Shown piece after piece: positions 18,804-25,944 of a stretch of DNA of 27,443 bases. Each line of letters opens with the position of its first letter. The stretch's first letter is position 1. The notes beneath the pieces are model-generated. The model saw nothing but the letters and a program-made list of their open reading frames with translations. It searched no databases and was not told the DNA's origin. The stretch comes from a virus: UHGV virus genome UHGV-1837213; one strand, given 5' to 3'. The position numbers were made by a program, and so were the translations under genes.

Positions 18804-19082
18804 ATGAGTGAAAAGAAAACAACTTACTGTCAGGTAGCATTGTCTGATAAGGCCAATGACAAACTTGGAAAGTTTCAAGTGAAACTAAAAGAAAAAAATA
18901 TCAAAATGTCTAAGGCTGAAGTCATAAATACCATTCTGGAACAATTGACAATGGCCGACTTTGACAAGGTTATATCTTCTGTCGGGGCTTCCGCTAAGAC
19001 TCGTGAGAAAATCATGCGTATCTATGAGAACTCTAATATGACAAAGGAAGATCTCGAAACGCTATTAAGCAGATTAAAATAA
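18804..19082 (+). CDS. Hypothetical small protein, 92 aa
   Basis: ORF starting 2 nt after the helicase stop; Lys-rich. Confidence 0.55.
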   Translation: MSEKKTTYCQVALSDKANDKLGKFQVKLKEKNIKMSKAEVINTILEQLTMADFDKVISSVGASAKTREKIMRIYENSNMTKEDLETLLSRLK

Positions 19083-19108
19083 TCACGCTATCAATTAGGG
19101 AGACAAAG

Positions 19109-19573
19109 ATGAAGTCTCCCATACTGTTCACTTTCTGTTCTAAAACTATCATGAAATACTCGCTTCTCCCTCTACTAACGTTACCAGTGTTGATGCTTAC
19201 CGCGTGCCAATCACGCCCAATATCAATCCATGACGCCAAACCAGCACCGCAGGCCAAAGTGTTCAAGTATCAAAGCGCAGCGCCAGCTACGTTGGTGGTA
19301 ATGAGAGACACAGGTTTTGTAGGAGCTGGATGTGATGCTTCCATTTTCATCAACGGCGAAACTGTCGCAAAACTGGCTACAGGCGAAAAAGCGACTTTCC
19401 ATTTAAATGCCGGAGAATTAATTGTGGGTGCATCTCTTGAAGGTGCAGGTTTATGTGCTCTAAACCCCGCTCGTCAAGAGCGAGAAACGACTCTGAAGAA
19501 TGGAGACACAAAAGCGTTCAGGGTGTTCACCAGCAATTCTGGTGACATCGACATTCTGCCAACAACTCTGTGA
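19109..19573 (+). CDS. Putative lipoprotein, 154 aa
   Basis: AGGGAG RBS. Signal peptide with lipobox-like LTAC (Cys as predicted lipidation site). An alternative start at 19151 (MKYSLLPLLTLPVLMLTAC) would give a canonical short lipoprotein signal. Confidence 0.65.
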   Translation: MKSPILFTFCSKTIMKYSLLPLLTLPVLMLTACQSRPISIHDAKPAPQAKVFKYQSAAPATLVVMRDTGFVGAGCDASIFINGETVAKLATGEKATFHLNAGELIVGASLEGAGLCALNPARQERETTLKNGDTKAFRVFTSNSGDIDILPTTL

Positions 19574-19577
19574 TGAC

Positions 19578-20102
19578 ATGACAACCAAAGATATTACCTA
19601 CGGTATCCAAGCTGAACTCTGGCCGCGAGATTACACTAACGTTGAAAAACTACTGATGTTCTGGCGCAGAGAACAAATTCCTGTAAGGGTCACTCTCGAA
19701 GATGGCCAGGCGTTTTGCATGTACGTTTATGGCCTCATGCCATCTCGTAACAAAGTTGACCTTTGCCCAGCCCCTTTTGACAAAGAAAATCGTATAAGGC
19801 TCCCACTTGAACGCATTAGTACAATTGAATCAGGTGTGGTTGACAGTATCGCTCACGATTTCAAAGGTCGACTAACAGTTCACCCTGATTATGTCGATAA
19901 TCGGCCATCACGCCGCGATTTTTTTGCAATTTGCAACCAAGCCTACAAAGCAAACAAATCTATAAGGGTGTACATGGCGGATGGCCGTGAAATTGAGGGG
20001 GTGTCAGCAGGCGCAGATGCTTGTCAGGTTACACTACGTGTCGAGAACGGTAGAAAAATAGTTGTTTTGTTCGATTGGGTTGAACGAATTTTGCCTTTTT
20101 GA
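19578..20102 (+). CDS. Hypothetical protein (ORF track 19500..20102; start probably ATG at 19578)
   Basis: The longer ORF overlaps the lipoprotein gene by 74 nt. The ATG at 19578 follows the lipoprotein stop. Confidence 0.5.
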   Translation: MTTKDITYGIQAELWPRDYTNVEKLLMFWRREQIPVRVTLEDGQAFCMYVYGLMPSRNKVDLCPAPFDKENRIRLPLERISTIESGVVDSIAHDFKGRLTVHPDYVDNRPSRRDFFAICNQAYKANKSIRVYMADGREIEGVSAGADACQVTLRVENGRKIVVLFDWVERILPF

Positions 20103-20105
20103 GTT

Positions 20106-20414
20106 ATGAAATCGATATTGTTACCACCATTATTTTTACTTTGCTCAGTTGCGGCAAATGCAATGGACTATAAGCCTGTCATTCAGTCGCTGATGAATGA
20201 CGTGTGCTCAACGTCTCAGAATGTATCAGTTTGCATGTATCAATTTTCGGCAGCCGTAAAAGCAGGAAAAGCGATAGGTGAGAATGTGGAACTGTGTAAG
20301 AAAGTGGCAAATGAAGAACGGGCAATGTTGGATTGCGAATCTAGCGAGTCATCGGCACAGTTCGTTGATGCGCTATTTGACACCAATCGTAAGGCTGTAG
20401 AGTCTGTTCAATAA
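20106..20414 (+). CDS. Small secreted (probably periplasmic) Cys-containing protein, 102 aa
   Basis: N-terminal signal peptide MKSILLPPLFLLCSVAANA; followed by a strong terminator. Confidence 0.6.
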   Translation: MKSILLPPLFLLCSVAANAMDYKPVIQSLMNDVCSTSQNVSVCMYQFSAAVKAGKAIGENVELCKKVANEERAMLDCESSESSAQFVDALFDTNRKAVESVQ

Positions 20415-20425
20415 ATCTATAAGGT

Positions 20426-20456
20426 TAATAACCGGCTAAGTCCGGTTATTATTTTT
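20426..20456 (+). terminator. Rho-independent terminator
   Basis: Stem TAATAACCGG/CCGGTTATTA with loop CTAAGT, then TTTTT. Confidence 0.7.
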
Positions 20457-20604
20457 CACATCACTTCTTTATATCTATAAATAAAATAATCTAAATATAT
20501 ATAAGGTCGAAAGCCGGAATCGATTATTTATTTAGGGAACACCTTCGACGATCTCGCTTTTATTTCTAGGACTTTCATCCCTGCAAAAAATTTTAAAAAA
20601 ACAC

Positions 20605-20632
20605 TTGCAATCTTTTTTCGCGTATCGATAAT
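20605..20632 (+). promoter_or_regulatory. Sigma70-type promoter for the AT-rich cassette
   Basis: TTGCAA, 16-nt spacer, GATAAT, preceded by an A/T tract; located about 65 nt upstream of the ATG at 20698. Confidence 0.55.
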
Positions 20633-20697
20633 TGAACTCGTCGAAAGCGAAGACGCTAACGACAATAAATTTTAAATTTACATAAGGAAAAATTATC

Positions 20698-21348
20698 ATG
20701 GCTAACATTATCATTTCTAAAAAATCCATCATTGAAGCTGCTTCCATTGTATCCGATGAACTGCGCGAAAAAGCAGATCTGGCAACTCAAACATATAACG
20801 AACATTATAAAAATGGTACGCACACTAAAGCAGACAAAGCAAATATGCAAGCTGCGACCACTAAACTTGCTTACTTCATCAACAACGTCGTAAACGCAGT
20901 AGAAGACGAAAAATTATGCTCTGTTTTCTACTATGCGATTAAAGCAAGCAAACAAGCGCCAGAAGTATTTTTTCGTGATGCAATGACTAATAGTTATTCT
21001 CTGGAAAAACTGGTTTATCTGGTTAAATCAATTAAATCTGGTAAATGCGTTTATTCCATCGCTGATATGTCTGGATCTCGTGTATTCGCTTTAATCGATA
21101 TGATTAACGACGAGATCGACACGTTCACCAATGGCGCTGTTTTCGATTTAATGAATGAAGCTAAAAAAGCGTGTGAAATTAAATTGGACGCTGGCTATAC
21201 TCAAGCCAACCAGTTGATCAATCTTTGCGAACGTCTTGGACTTGTTGAAAAAGTCAAAGGAGCTGGGAGTGCGAAAGCTGGTACTCAGCAATATCGCTTC
21301 ATTAAAAATGATTTCTACAATTATTTAGCTGATGCTTTCAAAGCGTAA
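20698..21348 (+). CDS. Hypothetical protein, 216 aa, in low-GC cassette
   Basis: AAGGAAAAA RBS. Codon usage is AT-rich with third-position A/T preference, distinct from the flanking genes. Confidence 0.7.
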   Translation: MANIIISKKSIIEAASIVSDELREKADLATQTYNEHYKNGTHTKADKANMQAATTKLAYFINNVVNAVEDEKLCSVFYYAIKASKQAPEVFFRDAMTNSYSLEKLVYLVKSIKSGKCVYSIADMSGSRVFALIDMINDEIDTFTNGAVFDLMNEAKKACEIKLDAGYTQANQLINLCERLGLVEKVKGAGSAKAGTQQYRFIKNDFYNYLADAFKA

Positions 21349-21360
21349 TTAATGGAATCA

Positions 21361-21379
21361 AGCGCCCACTATGGGCGCT
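21361..21379 (+). repeat. 19-bp hairpin AGCGCCCACTATGGGCGCT (copy 1, intergenic)
   Basis: Perfect 8-bp stem with 3-nt loop. An identical copy at about 21857-21875 forms the cassette terminator. Confidence 0.6.
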
Positions 21380-21396
21380 TTAAAGGAGCTTTGAAA

Positions 21397-21600
21397 ATGG
21401 TCAGCTATGACAAGATCCGCGCGGAATATCGCGCAAAGTATCGCGCTTATAAACTAGAATTAATCGATGATTTAATCGCGCAACGCGACCAATTAAATTT
21501 TACGTTTTCTGATTTGCTTAACAGCAAGCGAGATTGCAAGCGCAAACGTGAATACTTACGTTTAAGCGCATTAATCGGAAAACTTCAAAATTCTATTTAA
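21397..21600 (+). CDS. Hypothetical small basic protein (ORF track 21352..21600; start probably ATG at 21397)
   Basis: The ATG at 21397 is preceded by AAAGGAG. The longer ORF would read through the hairpin. Confidence 0.5.
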   Translation: MVSYDKIRAEYRAKYRAYKLELIDDLIAQRDQLNFTFSDLLNSKRDCKRKREYLRLSALIGKLQNSI

Positions 21601-21620
21601 TTTTTTTAAGGAGCTTAATC

Positions 21621-21851
21621 ATGTTTGTTCTTATCGCTGGCGTTAACGTCCATAACGAATATTATGTTAATCGCATCGCTGGGATCGCTGGTTACGCTGG
21701 GCGCGCAGTCGAGTTTATCGATGAAACAACGCGTAAAATTGATTTATTGAGCGACCAGGAGCGAAAAAAAGCAGACGTGAACGACGCTGATATATTTTTA
21801 ATGTTAAAAGCGTTTGTAGAAATGGGATTTAAAATCAGTTTACACAAATAA
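21621..21851 (+). CDS. Hypothetical small protein, 76 aa
   Basis: Strong TAAGGAG RBS; followed immediately by a terminator. Confidence 0.6.
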   Translation: MFVLIAGVNVHNEYYVNRIAGIAGYAGRAVEFIDETTRKIDLLSDQERKKADVNDADIFLMLKAFVEMGFKISLHK

Positions 21852-21856
21852 AATCG

Positions 21857-21884
21857 AGCGCCCACTATGGGCGCTTTTTTCGTT
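21857..21884 (+). terminator. Rho-independent terminator (hairpin copy 2 plus T-run)
   Basis: AGCGCCCACTATGGGCGCT followed by TTTTTTCGTTT. Confidence 0.75.
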
Positions 21885-21901
21885 TCCAATACTTCCACAA
21901 T

Positions 21902-21930
21902 AACGCGCCATTGATGGCGCGTTTTTTATT
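21902..21930 (+). terminator. Second tandem terminator hairpin
   Basis: Stem AACGCGCCAT/ATGGCGCGTT followed by TTTTTTATT. Confidence 0.6.
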
Positions 21931-22342
21931 GTCTTTAACTCACTCCAACAACATAAAAATAAGCGCCAAAATAACGCCATAAACGCGCTTTTATATCCTT
22001 ACCAGTACATACCCATTACTTAACACATTAACGCGCTTAAAACGCGTTATATTGCGCTATAGCGTATGGTTAATCATTGGCTTTTAGTCTTGCTATGTGA
22101 TCCGCGTTTATTTGTCGGCGCGGATCGGCATTTTGTTTTGTTCCGTATCCGCTCGCGTATTATGTGCGCGTGATTTTTCACATAATCACACCACTTAATC
22201 ACGTATGTGATTATGCTACGAAAGAAATCTGGATGTCTCAGGCGACGAAAGTCATCATAATTTTCCCCGCTCGCCTGTCCGACAACCGCTGGTTGGATTC
22301 CACCAGCTTCCCGATGTTTTTTTCTACATAAAGGCGAATGCA

Positions 22343-22456
22343 GCCGTTTCCCGAAAAAATCCTGGCCGTTTCCCGTCGGCTCATGAATACGTTCCTCGCC
22401 GTTTCTGAAAATTTCCCTGCGGCAGCTGGTGGCTATAGAGAAAGGGCCGTTTCTGG
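22343..22456 (+). repeat. Iteron-like direct repeats (4 copies of GCCGTTTC(C/T)(C/T)G)
   Basis: Copies start near 22343, 22365, 22398 and 22446, all in the same orientation. Confidence 0.6.
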
Positions 22457-22468
22457 CCCTCTTCTCAG

Positions 22469-22951
22469 TTACACGCCATCAAGGATGTGGATGCGGTTGC
22501 TTGCGTATACATTCAGCATAAAGTTAGCGCAAAACAGTTTCCATGTATCAACGCCAGCGGTATACGTAATGTTTTTGCATTTAATCGCATTGTTGGCGAT
22601 CCGCATCCCCTGCGATACTGCTTCATCGTCGGAAAATTTGAACGACGATTGAGTTTTAATCCAGACAGAAATCTGCGTAGCGAACTCAATCAGCTTGGAC
22701 TGGCAGAATCGCCCGGAGCGCACCGGAAAGACGAACGTTCCGAATCCAGAATTTACCACATATGCTTTCTCAAATACCCGCGAGTAACGACGATTGCCAA
22801 TGATGTCGCGTGCAATAATGCATTTTTCTTGTGCTGACAGTTCTACCGTCTCATTGTCGCGCCATGCACCAAGTACTCGTTTTTCAATGTCAGAGAACGT
22901 TACAGCGATATTGCCATGTGCGGGTGCGTTTACAGTAGCGATAAAATTCAT
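22469..22951 (-). CDS. Hypothetical protein, 160 aa
   Basis: AAGGA RBS 8 nt upstream of the ATG; preceded by the conserved promoter/leader element. Confidence 0.6.
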   Translation of the reverse strand: MNFIATVNAPAHGNIAVTFSDIEKRVLGAWRDNETVELSAQEKCIIARDIIGNRRYSRVFEKAYVVNSGFGTFVFPVRSGRFCQSKLIEFATQISVWIKTQSSFKFSDDEAVSQGMRIANNAIKCKNITYTAGVDTWKLFCANFMLNVYASNRIHILDGV

Positions 22952-22972
22952 GATTAATTCCTTATCGTAAAT

Positions 22973-23005
22973 AACAAATTGTTTTCTTGTTGGTGTTAAT
23001 TATCG
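22973..23005 (-). promoter_or_regulatory. Conserved promoter/leader element, copy A
   Basis: Minus-sense CGATAATTAACACCAACAAGAAAACAATTTGTT with a -10-like GATAAT, and TTGACG about 15-16 nt upstream. Confidence 0.55.
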
Positions 23006-23124
23006 TTGTACGAATAAGGCGTCAAAGTGGAAAGTTGCGGTAGCCGGACGGGAACAGGTGGGTTTGTCGGTTGCCTGGAGGTAAGAGGTTGGTGTTTTTA
23101 GCCTGCGGGAAACAGGATGGTCAT

Positions 23125-23152
23125 TTAAGGCCACCAGCATTGGTGGCCTTAA
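23125..23152 (-). terminator. Hairpin terminator containing a Chi octamer (minus orientation)
   Basis: TTAAGGCCACCA-GCAT-TGGTGGCCTTAA, 3 nt after the stop of the 93-aa gene; contains CCACCAGC. Confidence 0.5.
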
Positions 23153-23155
23153 TCT

Positions 23156-23437
23156 TTAGTGGAGCAGACCGATGTCGATGGTATCCCCTGAATCATCCAC
23201 ACGGATCATCAGCATGGCAAAGGCGTTTAGTGGATAGCTTGCGTGCCATTCAGGGAAGCGGTCATCTCGCATGAAGTCGGCAATGTCGTAAACGCATCCC
23301 TCAAAGTGGAAGAATCGCGTGCTTACCTGCTCGTCATAATCCACATGATCCATTTCTTGCTGTTCTGTTTCCGGCAAGTCCAGCCATGATTCAAGAAATA
23401 CATTTTGTGCTTTAGGGGTAATGGTGAAATCAGTCAT
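23156..23437 (-). CDS. Small strongly acidic protein, 93 aa (ORF track 23156..23569; ATG at 23437)
   Basis: The conserved element lies inside the longer ORF. The ATG at 23437 is preceded by TGAGGA. About 19 Asp/Glu against 5 Lys/Arg. Confidence 0.6.
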   Translation of the reverse strand: MTDFTITPKAQNVFLESWLDLPETEQQEMDHVDYDEQVSTRFFHFEGCVYDIADFMRDDRFPEWHASYPLNAFAMLMIRVDDSGDTIDIGLLH

Positions 23438-23457
23438 GAGCATATCCTCACTGCGTA

Positions 23458-23489
23458 AACATGTTGTTTTCTTGTTGGTGTAATTATCG
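23458..23489 (-). promoter_or_regulatory. Conserved promoter/leader element, copy B
   Basis: Minus-sense CGATAATTACACCAACAAGAAAACAACATGTT. Confidence 0.55.
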
Positions 23490-23595
23490 CAGTGTAGATA
23501 AGGCATAAAAGAAGTTAATACAGGCTGAATACACAAGAAAGGTTCTGGAAGTTGATAGCCAGGTTTCAAACTAACCTTCGGTTATTAAAAGTCAT

Positions 23596-23623
23596 TTAAG
23601 ACCACCAATGCTGGTGGCCTTAA
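23596..23623 (-). terminator. Hairpin terminator containing a Chi octamer (plus orientation)
   Basis: TTAAGACCACCA-ATGC-TGGTGGCCTTAA. Same stem as the 23125 copy but with the loop inverted; contains GCTGGTGG. Confidence 0.5.
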
Positions 23624-23626
23624 TAA

Positions 23627-23770
23627 TTATCGCCCGATTACGCTAAGGATCTTTTCCTCAACTGATTTGTTGTTGCGACTAAACTGCCTTGCGTATCTGA
23701 TGACAGAAGAGGCGTTTTGCTTTCTGACCATCTCGGCTCTTTCCTTCAGGCGTTTCTTGAAATCGCCCAT
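23627..23770 (-). CDS. Possible small basic protein, 47 aa (below the ORF-track size cutoff)
   Basis: ATG 2 nt after the stop of the 124-aa gene. Peptide MGDFKKRLKERAEMVRKQNASSVIRYARQFSRNNKSVEEKILSVIGR. Stop immediately before the hairpin at 23596. Weak RBS. Confidence 0.3.
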   Translation of the reverse strand: MGDFKKRLKERAEMVRKQNASSVIRYARQFSRNNKSVEEKILSVIGR

Positions 23771-23772
23771 AT

Positions 23773-24147
23773 TTACCACCAGGCGCAGAAGGTCAGTCTG
23801 TTATTGTGAAAGTCGTGGTTCTTAATCAGATCTTCCACAAGCTCTTTCAACTCCCCCACATCATGCCAGTAACCTTCATCGTACTCCTGACTGCCGAAGA
23901 AAAAACCTTCCCGGGTAGGCAAGTACTCTTCGCAATTACTTTCGTTTATGTGCATCAAATGAGCCTTCAGAAAACAAATGTCATTCATCGTTAATTCTAA
24001 AAGCTCACAATTTTCGACTTCACCTACGTTGCGCTCCATCCACCCAACGAGCGCATTGAACTTACGGAAGTAAGCAACCTGCTTTCTGGATGCCTCGTTA
24101 TTCAGATCGTTTTTAGGCTGTGTCTCGATATAGATATCAAGTCCCAT
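23773..24147 (-). CDS. Small strongly acidic protein, 124 aa (ORF track 23773..24189; ATG at 24147)
   Basis: AAGGAA RBS 7 nt upstream of the ATG at 24147; acidic composition. Confidence 0.6.
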   Translation of the reverse strand: MGLDIYIETQPKNDLNNEASRKQVAYFRKFNALVGWMERNVGEVENCELLELTMNDICFLKAHLMHINESNCEEYLPTREGFFFGSQEYDEGYWHDVGELKELVEDLIKNHDFHNNRLTFCAWW

Positions 24148-24204
24148 GATGGTTTCCTTATTAAGTTGCTTCAGTGAAATCATTTTCACAAATCAGATAA
24201 GGCA

Positions 24205-24225
24205 GAAAACAAATTGTTATCTGGC
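24205..24225. promoter_or_regulatory. Degenerate or inverted copy of the conserved element core (copy C)
   Basis: AGAAAACAAATTGTTATCTGG, containing the palindrome AACAA-A-TTGTT. Confidence 0.35.
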
Positions 24226-24231
24226 TTAATA

Positions 24232-24256
24232 AAATGGCGCGGTTTACGCGCCATTT
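24232..24256 (-). terminator. Rho-independent terminator after the 131-aa gene
   Basis: Stem AAATGGCGCG/CGCGCCATTT followed on the minus strand by TTTTATT. Confidence 0.6.
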
Positions 24257-24264
24257 AAAGAGGA

Positions 24265-24660
24265 TTAAGCGAATACGCTTTCAGGGATTAAGGTGTCGGC
24301 AGGAATGCCAGAGGTAATGCGCAGGCCGTACTGACCAATCCAGGTAGTGTTGGTATTCAGGTTGGAGGCGAATACGGTGTTAACCATATTCATCATGGTT
24401 TCAAACACCTCTTCATCAACCTGGCGGAAGTAGCTCTCGATTTTCAGCAGCAGCGGGTCAGTTGCATCGAGAATGGACTGGTATTGAGTCGCGTACTCGC
24501 CGTCGGAGTCATCACCTTTACGCACGATCGTACTGGCCTGTACTTCGGCGCCAGTTTCGGTGTTGTACGTAACAACGGTGATTTTTGCCACATTCTTACC
24601 TTCGGCGGTTTCAGAGGCATAGTAAACATCAACTGTCAGTTTTTCGCGTTTAATGGTCAT
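24265..24660 (-). CDS. Hypothetical acidic protein, 131 aa (ORF track 24265..24726; ATG at 24660)
   Basis: GGAGA RBS upstream of the ATG at 24660. A sigma70-like promoter TTGTAA-17-TAGAAT overlaps the palindrome GTAAGTATGTACTTAC (about 24704-24719). Confidence 0.6.
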   Translation of the reverse strand: MTIKREKLTVDVYYASETAEGKNVAKITVVTYNTETGAEVQASTIVRKGDDSDGEYATQYQSILDATDPLLLKIESYFRQVDEEVFETMMNMVNTVFASNLNTNTTWIGQYGLRITSGIPADTLIPESVFA

Positions 24661-24723
24661 TTCACTCTCCGTAGTGTATTGGTTATTTTTATATTCTATG
24701 ATCGTAAGTATGTACTTACAATA

Positions 24724-24752
24724 CAAAAAAGCCCCGTAAGGATGGCGGGGCT
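24724..24752 (-). terminator. Rho-independent terminator after the 103-aa gene
   Basis: Stem AGCCCCG/CGGGGCT followed on the minus strand by TTTTTTGTAT. Confidence 0.7.
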
Positions 24753-24786
24753 GTCGTACTGTCGACTAATTACCACTTGCACATTA

Positions 24787-25098
24787 TCAGGCTATTGCCA
24801 TCACTGATGCTCTCTGAATCTCTTGCTGGGCCACGCGGTTAACTTCCATCAAGGCCAGTTCGAGCTGATGTTCCGGCCACATTCTTTGAAATGCCACCCA
24901 GCCTTTTCCACGCTGGCGACGAACATTCATTACATAACGAGTAAAGGTGTTTTTATCGAAAGACACCGCTGTTTCACGGAACAGACGAATAGAGGTTCCA
25001 TTGGCAACGATGTCCAGCAAAGTTAATTGAGCAACCAGCGCAGGCTTCTCTTTTCTCTTCTGGTCTTTGTCCAGACCAAGAACCAATGATTTTTTCAT
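24787..25098 (-). CDS. Small basic protein, 103 aa (ORF track 24787..25128; ATG at 25098)
   Basis: GGAG RBS 5 nt upstream of the ATG at 25098. Basic composition, possibly nucleic-acid binding. Confidence 0.55.
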   Translation of the reverse strand: MKKSLVLGLDKDQKRKEKPALVAQLTLLDIVANGTSIRLFRETAVSFDKNTFTRYVMNVRRQRGKGWVAFQRMWPEHQLELALMEVNRVAQQEIQRASVMAIA

Positions 25099-25110
25099 CA
25101 CAACTCCGTA

Positions 25111-25144
25111 AACAACTTGTTTTCTCAATGGCGTAAATAATACC
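25111..25144 (-). promoter_or_regulatory. Conserved promoter/leader element, copy D
   Basis: Minus-sense TGGTATTATTTACGCCATTGAGAAAACAAGTTGTT; extended -10-like TGGTATTAT with TTGTAG upstream. Confidence 0.5.
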
Positions 25145-25224
25145 AGTAAGAAAACGGCTACAAAGCATAATGATCAGGTGCATGATCGATATGCAGGTTC
25201 TTCCCTGCGGCTATAGAGAAATTA

Positions 25225-25241
25225 AGCCAGCAATGCTGGCT
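25225..25241 (-). terminator. Hairpin terminator after the 109-aa gene
   Basis: Stem AGCCAGC/GCTGGCT followed on the minus strand by TAATTTCTCT. Confidence 0.45.
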
Positions 25242-25251
25242 TTGGTTGGGA

Positions 25252-25581
25252 TTACGCGAATACCTCAAGAAACTCCTGAACGTCCCAATGCTGGACGAGG
25301 TGAAGATAGACCTTAGAAATCACGTCATTTTCGCTATCGCATGTGAAGTAGTACTTCTGGCTGCGGTTGTATGTGTCCACACAAAATTCGCTCATATCCA
25401 TAAAGTCAGCATCTTCACCCATGTCGCAAATCATCAAAGCAGGTGCATCATCACGAGTCATCAGCTCAAGCACCCACCGCGAATTGATCAGAGTGGAAGA
25501 CCAACCTTCCAGCTCATAGAACTGGTCAAACTCTTTTTGAGTCAATTTCTTGATTTGGTTGATGTCGATATGTGCAAACAT
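25252..25581 (-). CDS. Small strongly acidic protein, 109 aa (ORF track 25252..25602; ATG at 25581)
   Basis: AAGGA RBS 7 nt upstream of the ATG at 25581. About 21 Asp/Glu against 8 Lys/Arg. Shares an RDD...ADFM-like segment with the 93-aa protein. Confidence 0.6.
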   Translation of the reverse strand: MFAHIDINQIKKLTQKEFDQFYELEGWSSTLINSRWVLELMTRDDAPALMICDMGEDADFMDMSEFCVDTYNRSQKYYFTCDSENDVISKVYLHLVQHWDVQEFLEVFA

Positions 25582-25594
25582 AAAGCAATCCTTA

Positions 25595-25626
25595 AACAAC
25601 ATGTTTTCTTGATGGTGTTATTATCG
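25595..25626 (-). promoter_or_regulatory. Conserved promoter/leader element, copy E
   Basis: Minus-sense CGATAATAACACCATCAAGAAAACATGTTGTT. Confidence 0.55.
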
Positions 25627-25944
25627 CAATAACGCACAGGCGAAAAAGGATTTTATTCCGGTGAATGTGGTTTTGGCAGTGAGTTTTCAGGTTCAGTACC
25701 GAGAACACTTTTTACATTATTCTGATTTAGTGGCCGAAGGTGGCTGGTGGGCAGAATAATCATCTCCCCGAAAACCTACTGAAATCGATTGTGACCCGTT
25801 GGCTGTCTGGCACAATTACGCTGTAGCTGGGCATTCAGAGGGAATCCAGCGGTAAGTAAGTTCGCCTGCACGTGAGCGCCTCTCTTCTTCCCGCACATTA
25901 CAGGTGGGTAGCCGCAACTCTCCCTCACGCTATACCGGTACGCC

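Noticed and set aside
21352-21396. N-terminal extension of the 21397 ORF starting at ATG 21352
   Set aside because: No RBS, and the extension reads through the conserved hairpin; the internal ATG with AAAGGAG is preferred.
22181-22215. CRP-like binding site suggested by TGTGA half-sites
   Set aside because: The partner half-site at the correct 6-bp spacing does not match TCACA; the repeat is everted rather than a CRP palindrome.
22338-22652. 104-aa plus-strand ORF overlapping the first iteron array and the 3-prime end of the 160-aa gene
   Set aside because: It overlaps the iterons and is antisense to a better-supported gene; no RBS.
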